The notes under the pieces were generated by a model, which worked only from the letters and a program-made list of their open reading frames with translations, had not been told where the DNA came from and did not search any database. Made by a program: the position numbers and the translations under genes. From NCBI RefSeq assembly GCF_018350175.1, contig NC_058368.1, positions 116,810,001 to 116,874,000 of the forward strand: a stretch of DNA of 64,000 nucleotides. Reading direction: 5' to 3'. Shown piece by piece: positions 22,001 through 36,900 of the stretch (the first letter of the stretch is position 1; each line of letters starts with the position of its first letter). Origin of the DNA: Felis catus (lineage: Eukaryota).

Positions 22001-25000
22001 CATTCACACGTCTTCCTGAAAGTTGTTTTTCCTCCATTGATGAATTCTTTTGCTTTGTCACTAAACTGTTCATTTATCTTCACAGTCCACAAAAACCTAG
22101 CATAAGGATCTGAAAGGATCAATGGGGACATCACCAGGTGATGTTTCCTGCAGGATAAACAAGTCAGGCATTAAATTGGTTAATCCTGATGACTGGCCCC
22201 TCTCTCCAGCCTCACCTCTGTGTGAGCAGACCTGGCCTAAGGGCTTCCTCTTTAGCAGCTTCCCGTGAGACTGAGCAGAGAAAGAAATGGGCTGAGGAGG
22301 GAGTGCCTGGCATCCAGTTACAGCTTCTTCAGAGGGAGGAATGTATTTGGGGGGAGGGGCATTAAAGGGCCAGTCATTCACAATTACAACTCTCACTTTC
22401 TCAGTGTGAATGTTCTCAAGAGGTTTTAATGAGTGCCCTTGTGTGATCCGTTCCTAGAGGGAATCCCAAGAGGTTGTAAAAAAAAAAACTGCGCCTTTGA
22501 GACAGCTGGTCTGGCTTCAGGGCACCAGACTGCTTTGCTCTCTCCTACTGGTCCTTCCGGGGCCCCTCTTTCTACATTTCATTACCTAAGGCAGCAGTAA
22601 ATTGTTCCTGGAGAGGGACATACTATTTTCAGAAGAGCTCAGGGAATTCCAAAATACACAGCACTGCCAAACATAACACTATAGTTTGTCAAGGAAGACC
22701 CCAGGGGATCTGGGACTAAGCAGTGAAAGATTACTTAGGCAGCTGAGGTGACTAAGGCAGTAAGGCCTAGAGGACCTCAGTGTTGAGGGACCAGACAGTG
22801 GTTCTCCAAGTACGATACTTGGAGCAGACACACTAACAATTGCTACCGAATCAGAAATTCTCAGAGTGGAGCCCAGAAATCTGTGTTTAACAAGCCCTCC
22901 ATGTGCTCCCGATATACCCCAAAGTTTAAGAACTGGTCTAGAATCAAGAGTACATGTTCCTGAGGTTGTCTTATATCTTTGGAGGCTCAGAAATCATGTG
23001 AGGAAGGCATCTACTTATGATTCTTGCAGGAAGCAGGAAGCAGGAAGCAGGAAGCCTTTCCCTATATCAGAGAGATCATCACTAAGAGCTCAAGCTCTTG
23101 GTCAGAGTAACCCTCCTTTGAATCCTAGCTCTGTTACTCAGCAGTTCTGAGTCCCCTATTTAACTTTTCTGGTTCCTAGTTTCATTCTCTGTAAAATGGA
23201 GATAATAGTAGTGTCCACCTGATAAGGTTGTTACAAGAATTAAATGAGATAATACATGCATATTACACAGCCTAGAGAACAATGTTTATAGTAAATGGGA
23301 GCTATTTTAGTGATTTTTCAAGGTAGGAGTCTATCTTTCACATTCAGAATTTAGGTCTGAGTTGTTCTGAGTAGTCTCTGTGGGAAGGCTCTATTATAGA
23401 GATTTTTCTCAAAGTGCCTGTTTTTTTGTGTCTTTGGGGGATTGTTTTTGCCCTGGTTTGCCGTATCTCTTCACTCTGTGGTAGATGGACATAGTTTATG
23501 TGCCCTAGTTTTAGGGGGAGTGAGGGGGAATTCATGCTTTTGTTTTAGGATTCCTACCTCTCTGACAAAATCAACTTTGCGTGAAGGGGCTTTATGCAGA
23601 CTCCATCTCTGATTCTTCCCCAGAAAGAAGGCATGATCTTTAAGTTTTTTGGAATCCATTTAGGAGCACTGCCAACATGAATTTTTCCACTTCACGAGTG
23701 AGGACAGCCTCAGGCCTCGTTTGAGAATTTAGAAAGCATGCTGTTCCACTAACCTGCTCACCCTCAACTTCTGCTGTTGTCATGGTGATGACAGTCCTGG
23801 GAGGTGTGTACAGATCCTTATTAGGGAAAAAAATGAGGTCAGCAGTCTCTGTGTGTGGGGCAGCTCCTTCCTCGGCATTGTCCATTCTCACCTGCGTCTC
23901 AGGGCCAGAGGGCCAGCCTGGCTTAGAGGTCTCTAGCTGAGGAACGTGAGTGAGTCCTTGTGAGATGCACTGTTACTTTCTGGGGGGTTGGAGTCACCAC
24001 ATCTGCTGGAGTTCTCTGTGTAGCTTGTGTGGTGTGTTCTGACCCGGCCTGGAGGGAGGGAGCAAGATAGTGTGGGAAGGCGAATTAGAATCCTCTACCT
24101 AGGAGAAGCCATGAAACTTGTCTGTACTGGCTTCATTCACTCCCCTTCATCTCCTTATTAGAAGAACACGCTGTCCCTTCTATTTTTAATGGTCATATAA
24201 ATGAAAAATTAGATGGAAGACTTCCTGGTTTTTCTGAAATTAAACATTTCTGTTTAGTAAATGGATTCTGAGATAGTTCTTTCCTTCCACTCTGTGTTTC
24301 CCCCACCTCTCCCCCTTTTTCTACACCCTTTCCCCCAGGACTGGTTAGCCCCGGGCAGAATACAGTCAGAATTGGGACCATGATACATAATAAATACATT
24401 TCTTCCTTGAAACAGAGTTCATGTGCTTCCTGAAAATATAATCCTGTGTGCACTCCACTGTATGCTCCTGGGCATACATTTTATAGGGTAGAGCGAGGAG
24501 AGAAGAGCAGCAAGAACTGTTCCCTTAGGCTATAGTTTTCTTCAAATCCCACAGATGCAGAGAAGCAGATAATGCAGGGTCAGGAAGTGGATACTCATTA
24601 CAGTTCCTTAGGTTATCATTGATCCACTTAATGTGTCACTAGAGCATACAGTCTGGCCCCTGAAAACTTCATCATGAGCAACAACTTTTGAATAATGTCT
24701 TAGGAAAATAATACACTTTTATCTTTCTTTGTTTAAGAGTTTTGCATGGGACGAGAGAGTTTCCAAATTACCTTCTCTTCTAGTTTTGTCTACACACCAT
24801 ACTTTGTAGCTAAACTTTTAAGTGCCTTATCAGAAGGGAAATTCAGGTTTATACTGGGAAGACCCTAGTGTCTCAAAGGACCAAGGAAGGAGGGGGGAGG
24901 AGGAAGTCACAAGCTACCTGTAGTCTGAGAGCTCTGTGGCAAAGTAGAAGTGGAGGGTGAGAGTCTACGCTTCATTCTGGGGGAAAGATGTCTTGGATTG

Positions 25001-28000
25001 TTTGGAATTGCTTGGACCTCCTCCCTCAGAGGTGTTTGGACAAGAAGGACCTACTTATAATCAGAAGTGAGGGCAGAGGAGAAGTAATGGCTTGTAATTA
25101 CTTTAAGCTTTGCGGTTCCAGCAAACGTTGCCTTAAGCCTCACTGATTCTAGTAAACTAGAAACGAGAGCCTGTCCCCAGCAATAGCAAGGGTCTTTAAT
25201 GACAAGTGTTTTCAGAGAAACTCAGCCCAGATTCCAAAAGGACTTGAAAAGTTCATTTTCACAGAGGCAGTCAACTTTGAATTGAGAAGGTCATTGCCTA
25301 ATCTGGAGAAACATATTCAGGTCAAGCACTGGCTACAGCCTTGGGGTCTCTAGGAAAGGGTCACTAGAGAGTTCATTGCCAAGAGACCTGGACTTGAGCA
25401 TGTGGACTGGAGAAGAGCCTCTTCTGCCTCTGCACTTAGAGTTTATTATCCAGAGTCGAAAAAAAGAGAGGAAGCAGAGATCAATGTCATTCTACTCTCA
25501 TCTCAAAGAGACCAAGAGTTTCCTCAGCAGTAGTCCTGCCTGGAATGGTCTACTGCCAGAGATGTGGGTAGGTGAAGAATGGGAAAAGGCAGTCCTGAGC
25601 ATGGCAGTAACAAAAGAAATAAAGGAAAAAAGGAGTACCCTTGAAACTCATATAACACTGTATGTGAGCTATACTGGAATTAAAATAAAAACTTAATAAA
25701 TCTTTTTAAAAAAGGATATTTGTGGGGCACCTGGGTGGCTCAGTTGGTTGAGCGTCTGACTTTGACTCAGGTCACAATATCACAGTTTGTGAGTTCGAGC
25801 CCTGCGTTGGGCTCTGTACTGACAGCTTAGAGCCTGGAACCTGCTTCTGTGTCTCCCTCTCTCTCTCTGCTCTTCCCCCACTCATTCTCTGTCTCTCTCT
25901 CATTCAAAAATAAATAAACATTAAAAAAAATTAAAAAACAAAAGGATGTTTGTACCAGTATGGAAATAGGATATTGAGAGCTTTGTAGAAGTAATTCTCA
26001 CAGGTGTAACTTTAGAAAGTTGGGGTACAAAAAGTAATTTTTAGGAACCAAATTTTTATCTATAAGAAAACAAGGATGATAAAAAGCTTATTGTTACTAG
26101 AGTGTGGCTCTTGAGTGCTGAGTCCCAAACAGTGTACTGGGCCTCTAGATTACAGCTGCCAGTGAATGTAATAAACAACAAACAAACTTTAAAAATGAAG
26201 AAAGTCTGAACAAACAAGTTTGTTGTTAATGGTCCCAGAAAGTCTGGCAGTTTGTGCTTCCTTCCAACATTGGACCAATCCAGTGTCCAGAGTTGTTGCT
26301 CTGGGCAGTATCATGGGCCAAGCTGAGTAGCAAGATGACATTTCCCAAGTCTTCTCTTTTATGTTTTTTGACTCTGAACTACAGATACTATCTTACCCAA
26401 AAATGCATGTGTCACATCTCTGTTCTCATAATCATCTAGGGTGACTCAAAGGTCTGTAGCAAGGCTAGAAGCCTCAGTCTGTACGTATGATTTACATTAG
26501 ATGCACACCAAGCTTCATGTCAGAGAGTTTTGGGCGGAAAAGAGTATTACCATGTATGTAAACAGCCCTGAGGTGGACACTTTTGAGCCTGTGAGATTGG
26601 TTCTGTGTTTGATGATGAGCCATGGAATACAGAAACCTATTAGCAAGGAAGTATGTGTGCTGATGAGAGGGTCTTTGTTGTTGAAGCTTCAAAGTCTTTA
26701 AATCCTGTTCTGTTGCTCCCTGTTGTTGTACAAATAGCCTTTTAGAACAAGAGAAAGGAAGGCTTAATAGTAGTTATTATTTAGTGAAACTGTGGTAAGT
26801 ACTTTACATGCATTGCATACTTAAGCAAGAGAGAAACTGTTATTCCCATGTTTTAGATAATGAACTCGAGACTCATAGGAATTAGGTGAGTTCCATACAT
26901 TCATACATCTAGTGTTTTTTTGCTCCCTAGTATCCCAGTCAAGCAAGGTGTCTAGCACATAGTGGGGCTTAATATTTGTTGACTCATTAATGAATACAAT
27001 GGCAAAGGCAATATTTGAACCTGTGTCTGTCTGCTGCTGAATGCTGTGCACTTAATTAACACACTACTGATTCTTTGTCCCATATGCCAGCTGAAGGGAA
27101 TAGTTTGGTAAGTTGGAGAGGAATATTCATTGAGTTCTAGGCTGACTGTAGGGTCTGTATTAGTTTCTGATTACTATTATAACAAGTTACCACAAACTTC
27201 ATGGCTTAAAGCAATGCAAATTTATTATCATACAGTTATGGAGGTCACAAGTTTTACTAGGCTAAAATCAAGGCGGATTCCTGTTACTATATAACAAGTA
27301 TCCACTTTCCTTCAGTTTCCAATAGTATGTGCCTCATTCGCATTAGAGCTGTCACTAACAACACTTTTAATGTCCCTATTTGTACTAACATTCTGTTCAT
27401 GACAATTTAGGTATTCCCTAAGATGATGATATGTTTTCTGTAACATGCTCCTCACTTCTTTCGGAGTCCTCTCTAGCAGAGTCTTAGTATCTACTTTTCT
27501 GCTAGCAGTCTGTTCAATGGAAGCTAGGCTTCTCAGAATTCTTCCAATCTCTGACCATTGCCCAATTCCAAAGCCACTTCAAGATTCTTAGTTATTTGTA
27601 ACAGCAGAACCCCACTTTCAGGTACCAAAATCTGTATTCATTTCCCAAGGCTGCTGTACCAAATTACCACATACTAGGTGGTTTAAGCCAATACAGTTTT
27701 ATTATCTCATGGTTCTGGAAGTCAGAAGTCCAAAATGGGTTTCACTGCACTACAGTCAAGATGTCAGCAGGGCTTCACTACTTCTAGAGGCTCTATGAGA
27801 GGATCTCTTCCCTTGCCTTTACCAGCTTTTAGAGGCTGCCTGCATTTCTGGGCTCCTGGCGCCTTCATCTTCAAAGCCAACAAAATAGCATCTGCAAATC
27901 TCTGTCTGACTCTTGGCTTTCCTCCCCCTCTCTTTGCCTTATAAGGAATCTTGTGATTACATTGGGCCTACCTGGATAATCCAGGATAATCTTGCTATCT

Positions 28001-30074
28001 TAGCATCCTCAGTTTAATCACATTTGCAAAGTCCCTCTTGTCATGTAACATATAACATATTCACTGGTTTCAGGAATAAGGATATAAGCATCTTTGGGGG
28101 ACCATTATCTGCAGAGCTGGCTGTGTGCATCTGTGTGTTGTAAACTTCAGTAGAGGCAAAGGTAAAATAAGGTGCATCTTAGGACCGTGAAGAGGTTGTA
28201 GTCAGTGTTGACTAGACTTTAAACGCCTTTGAAAGCTATTATTAACTGTCAGAACTTTGGTGGAGACTAATTAATCACCTTCCTTTCCCTCCAAGTCTTA
28301 AATAATTAAGAATAGATGCAGGGAGCCAACTGAGGGACCAAAGTTCAGAATCAGACTTGTAATTGGTAAAGATGGTCTGGAGAATATGACAGGACCTCCA
28401 CCTCCTACATACAAGGGAAGAAAATCAAGAATGGCAGACCTCTGCCTTTGTGAGGAGGGGGAACTGTCCTGGTTTGATTACCAAACAGAGCTAGAGCAGA
28501 GTGAAAAAGAGTTAGAGGAGAGGTATATCATGAAAAAACAGTGTCTGTTAGTGCTAATTTAACCTAATCAAAAACAATGATCCCTTTGAAAAATGACTTA
28601 TGATAATCTCCCCAATTAGACAAGCAACTTTTCTTTCCTGGGAACAGTAAGTATGGAAATGGAGCCAAAGGTGAGAGCCCCCTTCCTAACCCATTCCCCG
28701 AGGATGGAAGTATTGGTTGCTGGGTGTCTCTTTTCTGTGGGCAGAGGTGGAAATGTGGAGACAGAAGGTAGATGGTACATTGCTATATTAAAGACTAAGA
28801 TATATTGTTCTGTCCCAGGCTTAAGAGTATTTTCCCAAGAATTAGAAAGCAGTCAGGAGAAGACAGAACTCCTTGGATCACCACAATCTGGAAAGAGTCA
28901 ATTAAATGACATGATAGCCAGTGGAAAAGTCACTGTCCCCAGGGTGATGTCAGGAGATAGGGACAATGCATATTGCCTGCTCTGTGTATGCATCTAGAAT
29001 CTGTGTCTAGGTGAAAGCAGATTAAAACATATATCCGGGACTGCCTTGAAGAAGAAAGTAGAGCCTGATTGGTGTGTATGTGTGTGTTGGGGGTTGTGGG
29101 CAGTGTGGGGGAGGAGATACTTCAGACAGCATTCACTTGCTTTTCCTGAATGTGATGTCCTACCTGCGGCAGGGGCAGGGGTCACAGTGGTTGCAGGCCA
29201 AGTCTATGGATACATAGAATGCGGGATTTGTTTTTTTTTTAGGAGCATTTTGCGTAACAGACCTATTCTCATACTAGCTACCTCCTTGAGATCCTAACAG
29301 GCTAGGCACCTCCAAAGTCTAGAGCCTCTCAGCACCCTCAGCAGCCCTCACTAGAGACCAGATCACCTCCCATGACTCTGACAGTGAATAGGCATTTGAC
29401 CCATGGCAGAACCTTCTTGGAGGCCAACATCCCCTATAGGCTCCTTGTGTCACCAAGATGTTAATCCAACTGTTGTCCCTGCAGTCTGCAGTCAGCGGGG
29501 TTGTGTTTAGTCAACCAGAAGTGCCACATAAGTTTCCCCCTATTAAACCAAGTATAAATTGATTCTAAATATTTGCTTTGGGGAAATTTCTTTGGGAAGA
29601 ATGAGCTGTCTCTAAATCTAGGGATTTAGAGATATACATTAGCTTCTTTTGTCTTTTCACTCAGGGTTGCAACCCTGCATTCTAACCCTTTAAATGGGGG
29701 TAATTTGAAGAGCACTAGGAAGATGCTCACAAAACCCACCTCACAAGCAGGTTCCTAGAATTCCACCATCAACCACCACCACCAGCATTGTCATTTAAAA
29801 TCCTTATTCATTCGGGGCATCTGGGTGACTCAGTAGGTTAAGCCTCTGACCCTTGGTTTCCGTTCAGGTCATGATCTCACAGTTCATGAGTTTGAGCCCC
29901 ACGTTGGACTCTGTGCTGACAGCATGGGGCTTGCTTGGGATTTTGTTTCCCTCTCTCTTTTCCCCTCCCCTGCTTACTCTCTCTCTCTGTCTCTATCAAA
30001 AATAAATAAATTAAAAAAGTAAACTGTTAAAAAAATCTTCTAAAAAAAAAGAAAAAGACTAAAATCCTTATTCA

Positions 30075-30168
<94 letters not shown>

Positions 30169-33100
30169 AAGTATTGGAGTATTTTATCCAAGGGTAGGCT
30201 TTAATATAGAATTTGTTTGGAACCTTTTATATAGTCATTAAACAAACATTAAGCACCCACTTAAAGTCAGTCTCTAGTCTAGGTGATGCCAGAATAATAT
30301 TAACACAGTCCTGTCCTCGGAATTTAGTGGGGGAAGATAGAAATGTAAGGAAATAAGATGGAAATATTACAGTGTCCTGTGATAAGAACCATAATAGCAC
30401 CATGCACAGGTAGGGCCAATGAGGGGGAAGGAAGCTGGGACAAACCACCAGAGCATGTCAGTCTAGAGTGGTATCCAGAGTCGTCTATCTATATTGTAAT
30501 CAGTACAAACTCCATGTAAATGTGGTAAGCTGGCCCCCCCTTCCTGAGAGGGCGCAGACCCTCACTCAGTAACCATGAATACTGAATGTTGTGGGAGCCC
30601 AGAACATCGAATTGGGAACCATCTCAGAGATTGTGACATTTAATACTGGGTATTGAAGGCTGGTATGTAGGATGTTGGGAGAGAATTCTGGACAATGTAA
30701 AAAACACCAAAAATCAGAAGTCCATAATCTTGGTGAATAGAATAAGTACACTTGATGGATGGAAGGGATAGAAAACTGTTGGGAAATGAGATCTGAAAGA
30801 CAGGAGTTAGATTTTGTAGAGCCTTCAAAATCCTGCTAAAGAACTTGAAGTTTCCTTTGTTGGCAGTGGTGAGCCACCAGGTTGGTTTGTTGGTTGGTTG
30901 GTTTTTAAGAAAGGAGGCTCTAGGGGTGCCTGGGTGGCTCAGTTGGCTAAGTGTCTGACTCTTGATTTTGGCTCAGGTCATGATCTCACTATTCCTGAGT
31001 TTGAGCCCCGTGTTGGGCTCTGCAATGATGGTGCAGAGCTTGCTTGGAATTCCCTCTCTCTCCCTCTCTCTGCCCCTCGCCCACTCTCACTGTCTCTTTC
31101 TCTCTGTCTTTCAAAAACGACAAAATAAAAAAAAAATTTAAAGAAAGAAAGGAGGCTCTGTTGAACCCCATTACCTCTGCTGAATCTTCAAAAATAATCC
31201 TATATCAAGACAAGCTCATGATCTATTAACTTTACTGGTTTTTTCTACTTAAACCAAGAATTGGAAACTTTGAAAATTGCATATAGTTAACATACAGTGT
31301 TATATTAGTTTCAGGTGTATATATAATTCAGCAATCTATATATTATTCAGCATCATGATAAGTGTACTCTTAATCCCCATCACGTATTTATCCCATCCCC
31401 CTACCTACCTCCCCTCTGGTAACCGTCAGTTTGTTCTCTATTTTTAAGAGTCTGTTTTTTGCTTTGTTTCTTTTTCTTTCTTCGTTTGTTTTGTTTCTTA
31501 AATTCCACATATGAGTGGAAGCACGTTATTACTCTTTCTCTGACTGTCTTCTTTTTTTAATGTGTATTTTTGAGACAGAGACAGAGCATGAACGGGGGAG
31601 GATCAGAGAGAGAGGGAGACCCATAATCTGAAGCAGGCTCCAGGCTCTGAGCTGTCAGCACAGAGCCTGATGCAGGGCTCGAACTCACGGGCTGCGAGAT
31701 CATGACCTGAGCTGAAGTCAGACACTTAACCGACTAAGCCACCCAGGCACCCCATGACTGTCTTATTTCATGTAGCATTATGCCTTCTAGATCCATCCAT
31801 GTTGTTGCACGTGGCAAGATGTCATTCTTTTTTTATGACTGGGTAATATTCCATTGTAGATATATACCACATATTCTTTTATCTTATTTTTTTACATCTT
31901 CTTTATCCGTTCATCTGTCACTGGATACTTGGGCTGCTTCCATAATTTGGCTACTATAAATCACACTGCAGTAAACATAGGGACACATATGTCTTTTTGA
32001 ATTAGTGTTTTGTATTATTTGGGTAAATACCCAGTGGTAGAATTATTGGATCAAATTGTAATTCTATTTTTAATTTTTTGAGGAACCTCCATACTGTTTT
32101 CCATGGTGGCTGCACCAGTTTGCATTCCTACCAACAGTGCACAAGGGTTCCTTTTTCTCATATCCTTGTCCACACTTGTTATTTCTTATTTTTGATTTTA
32201 GCCGTTCTGACAGGTATGAAATGATATCTCATTATGGTTTGATTTGCATTTCCCTGATAATGAGTGATGGTGAGCATCTTTTCATGTGTCTTTTGGCCAT
32301 CTGGATGTCTTCTTTGGAGAAATGTCTGTTCATGTCTTCTGCCCATTTTTTAATTGGATTATTTGTTTTGGGGGGGTGTTGAGTTGTATAAATTCTTTAT
32401 ATATTTTGGATACTAACCCTCTATCAGATGTCATTTGCAAATATCTTCTTCCATACAGTAGGTTGCCTTTTAGTTTTGTTAGTTGTTTCCTTTGCTGTGC
32501 AGAAGTTTTTTATTTTGATGTAGTCCCAATAGTTTATTTTTGCTTTTGTTCCCCTTGTCTCAGGAGACCGATCTAGAAAAATGTTGCTATGGCTGATGTC
32601 TGAAAAATTACTACCTGTGCTGTCTTCTAGAATTTTTATGGCTTCAGGTCTCCATTTAGGTTCTTAATCCATTTTGAGGTTTTTTTTTTTTTTTTTTAAC
32701 GTTTATTTATTTTTGAGACAGAGAGAGACAGAGCATGAAAAGGGAGGGGCAGAGAGAGAGGGAGACACAGAATCGGAAGCAGCCTCCAGGCTCTGAGTCA
32801 TCAGCCCAGAGCCTGACACGGGGCTCGAACTACAGACCGCGAGATCGTGACCTGAGCTGAAGTCAGACGCTTACCCGACTGAGCCACCCAGGCGCCCCAT
32901 TTTGAGTTTATTTTTATATGCGGTGTAAGAAAGTGGTCCAGTTTCATTCTTTTGCATGTTCCTTTCAGGTTTTTCCAACATCGTTGGAAAGGAGCTGGTC
33001 TTTTTCCCCATTGCATATTCTTGCCTCTTTTGTCAAAGATTAATTAACCGTATAATCGTGGGTTTATTTCTGGGCTCTCTGTTTTGTTCCATTGATCTGT

Positions 33101-33900
33101 GTGTCTCTTTTTGTGTCAGTACCATACTGTTTTGATTACTGCATCTTTGTGTAGTATATCTTAAAATCTGGGATGGTGGTACCTCCAGTTTTGTTCTTTT
33201 TTTTTTTTTCAAGATTGCTTTGACTATTTGGGGTCTTTTGTGGTTCCATACAAATTTAGGATTACTTGTTCTAGTTCTGTGAAGAATACTGCTGGTATTT
33301 TGATAGGGATTGCATTAAATCTGTAGATTGCTTTGGGTATTATGGACATTTTAACAATATTTGTTCTTCTAGTCCATGAGCATGTAATATCTTACTACTG
33401 GCCTTGGAAATGTTCTTAGCTAATTCTGGTGGACTTGATCTAATCTTATCTGAGAAAATGTGGAGAGTGAAGGCCATGTTTGTTTAAATTTTGCATTGGT
33501 TTGCTTCTTAAGGGAGGCAGCATAGCATTGCACAGTGCCTTGGGTCCCTATTGTACCACTCAGTCATTGTGTCTCAGATTTATTAGTGTGCAAAAGAGGA
33601 AAGACTGTTGGCTGCTATAAGGATGAAATGAGAGTACATGCACAATGCTTAGTGTAGTGCTTAACTCATGGTAAGCATTCAAAAATATAATCATTTACTC
33701 AATTTAATATTCCTGGCACTTAGCACAATGCCCGGCACACAGTAAATAGGATTCAAATTGGTTTTGTTAAGGGACACCTGGGGGGCTCAGTTGGTTGAGC
33801 ATCTGACTCTTGATTTCAGCTCAGGGCTCAGGTTATGACCTCATGGTCATGGGATTGAGCCCCGTGTTGGGCTCCATGCTGAACGTGGAGCCTTGTTGGG

Positions 33901-33938
<38 letters not shown>

Positions 33939-36900
33939 CCTCCCCTGTGCATGCTTTCTCACTCTCTCTTTCAAAATAAATAAATAAACATTAAAAAGAA
34001 ATGGTTTTGCTAAATTAAATGAAATGGTATAGAATAGAAGTGCAAAGTGGGGGGATAGTGGTGGTGGAGTGGGTTTTCCCCCGATGACACTCATTCTCTT
34101 GCCCTCCTTCTACTGCAGTGTTCTGACGGCACCTCCATTTTATACCCTCGGTGCAGGGAGATCACTGCTTGTCTAGAAATGGTTGCTCAAGGCTGAGAAG
34201 TGACACAGCAACACAGAGCCTGGGATTGCTGCCAAATTTTAAGAAGCACAGATTGCGACAAAGTGAGGGGGAAGGGTAGCGACGAAAAGTTTGAAAACCC
34301 AACCAACCCGGAAGCAGTTTTACTGTTGGGTGAAATGATTATCTCTCACAGGTGGACAGGCAGCGTGGAAACTCTAGAAAGAGTCCCTGTCAAGCTGTGG
34401 TGCTGAAGCGGGGACCCAGCACTGGGCTCTTGGGTCCAGACAAGGCTGCTTCATGGGGCCTTGCACTTAGAAGGGCCTCTTGGTTTAATATTATGCTATT
34501 GCCATCTCAAAGAACTTAATAATTTTTTATGGGCCCTGCAAATCATGTAGCTGGTCCTGGGTCCAGACTATCTGGGACAGTGATGTTTTGTCTCAGCTAG
34601 TTTTTGAATTTACAGCTGATTAAGTAGTGGCTGGGCTAGTCATCTTTTTAATCTCTGTCTCTCTTTTTCTCTCTCTCTCTGATTTAACTGTAAAAGAACA
34701 AAGATTATGACAAATTAAATCTGTACAAAAGCAAAATAAAATGATTAGTACCTTACCTCTATCTCCGGTCACGCTCCCACGAAGTAACCACTACCAATAG
34801 TTTAGTGTGTATCCCCCAGATTTTTTATAAATATAAAGTTCAAAGTACTGTATTATAAAATAACATGTAATTATATTGTTGATATGGATATGAAACAATA
34901 CAACATCATTTGCATGAAAATATTCAAGTGTCCCTGAATCCCACTCCCCTTCAGTGAGGCAACCACTGTTAACAGTTTTGTGTATACCTTCCAAATATTT
35001 TTTGAGATTAATAGACTTTATTTTTTATAGCAGCTTTAGGTTCACGGTAAAACTGAGCAGAAGGTACAGAGGAGTTCCTATGTAGCCCTGTCCCCACACC
35101 CGCACAGCCTTACCCACTATTGAGATCCAGCACCAGAGTGGTCCATTTGTTACAATCGACGAACCTACATTGACATGCACTATTGCCCAAAGTCCATAGT
35201 TTACTCTAGTCTTCCAAATATTTTTCAAAATAATTTTTTTTTTTATTTGAGAGAGAGAGGGAGAGAGCATACACACATAAATGGGGAAGGAGCAGAGAGA
35301 GAGAATCTTAAGCAGGCTGCATGCTCAGAGCCAAGCCTGAATCAGGGCTCATTCCCATCACCCCAGGATCACCACCTGAGCCAAAATCAAAAGTCGGATG
35401 CTCAACTGACTGAGCCACCCAGGTACCCCCAAAATAACTTTTAATCACATAATTGATACATGAATTTTTTTAAGATTTTATTTTTAAGTAATCTCTACAC
35501 CCAACGTGGGGCTCATACAACTCTGAGATCAAGAGTCACATGCTCTACCATTTGAGCCAGCCAGGCACCCCTGAATGTTTTTGGCTTAATAAAAAAGAAG
35601 TAGGTTTTCAAAAAGCAAAATGAGATGTTATATGTATTAGTATACAGCTTTTTTTTTTTAAATAAACATCTTTCCAAATCAGTATATATAGACTCACCTC
35701 ATTTTCTTTAATAAGGACATATTGTGCCGTATGCCCGTATTATTATTTATTTATCCAGCTTCCTGTTGGTATCTATGTTTTTTAAACCATGCAATGGATA
35801 TTCTTATACATAAATCTTATGTATCTTATGTTTCCAGAAGTGGGATTACTGGGTTATAGGGTATGAACATACCAAATCGGCATGCTCTTATCTAGGGTTG
35901 GACTGCATTTGTTACACACTTCCCTCTGACCCCACCCCTAGCCAGTACTATGTATCACTTAAGTTAGCCATCCCACCAAGGGACTTAGCCCTCAGGCTTG
36001 AGAATTCCTGGAGCAGAGATAATGAGAGAATTTATTTGTGAATGATAATAGTAATAGCTTACCTGTATTGAGCACTTAAACCATGTTTTAAGTACTTAAG
36101 CCAGGTACTGTTCTAAGCACTTTACATGTATTATCTATCTCTTACTGTGTATAACCACCCCCAGAGAAGAGTCTTTTTTAAATGTTTATTTTTATTTTTG
36201 AGCAAGAGACAGAGTGTGAGCGGGGTAGGGGCAGATAGAGAGGGAGACACAGAATCTGAAGCAGGCTCCAGGCTCTGAGCTGTCAGCACAGAACTGGACT
36301 GAACCCACGAACTGTGAGATCATGACCTGAGCCAAAGTGGGCCGCTTAATTGACTGAGCTACCCAGACGCCCCTGTTATTATCCCCATTTTAATGCTTAG
36401 GAAACTGAGGCACCTAGGGTTAGGAAAGGTCACATATCTATCTAGTTAATTGGGGGGAACAAGATCTGAAACAGGGCTCATTGACTTCTGAGCTAGTGCT
36501 CTTAACCTCTGCACACACTGTCTCTAGAGAGTTTAATGCCATCTTTATGCCATAGTTTCTCTATCTAGTTTATTCCTTATGTAACTGGGTCACAGAGGTG
36601 CAAGAGCACGTGGCTCTGGGGCATCCCAGACAGACCAGGTTCAGCCGGTCGCCACTGACAGAATCCAAAAGCAGGGAGAGGAGTGGTGGTGAAACAAGAC
36701 AGGAATTTAGTTCAGTGAGGCTGACACCAGGAAGACAATGGACCAGTGTCTCAAAGACTTGCTCCAGAGTGCTGACAAGACTTCCAGGTTTATATAGGGA
36801 AAATGTGGGGCAAAGGTGGGTGGGTACAAGTGCTGGGTAGTAAAGGTTGGGTCGATCACTGTCTTGGGGTCAATCATGCAGAATCTTGCTGGAGTCAGGG

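Larger units (their letters stand above)
31280..33392 (-). mobile_element. 5'-truncated carnivore LINE-1 (3'UTR and ORF2 C-terminal remnant) with two nested SINEs
   Basis: L1 3' strings (gaggaacctccatactgttttcca, gatagggattgcattaaatctgtagattgctttggg); ORF2-like fragment [20 protein letters not shown] on the - strand. Confidence 0.9.
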
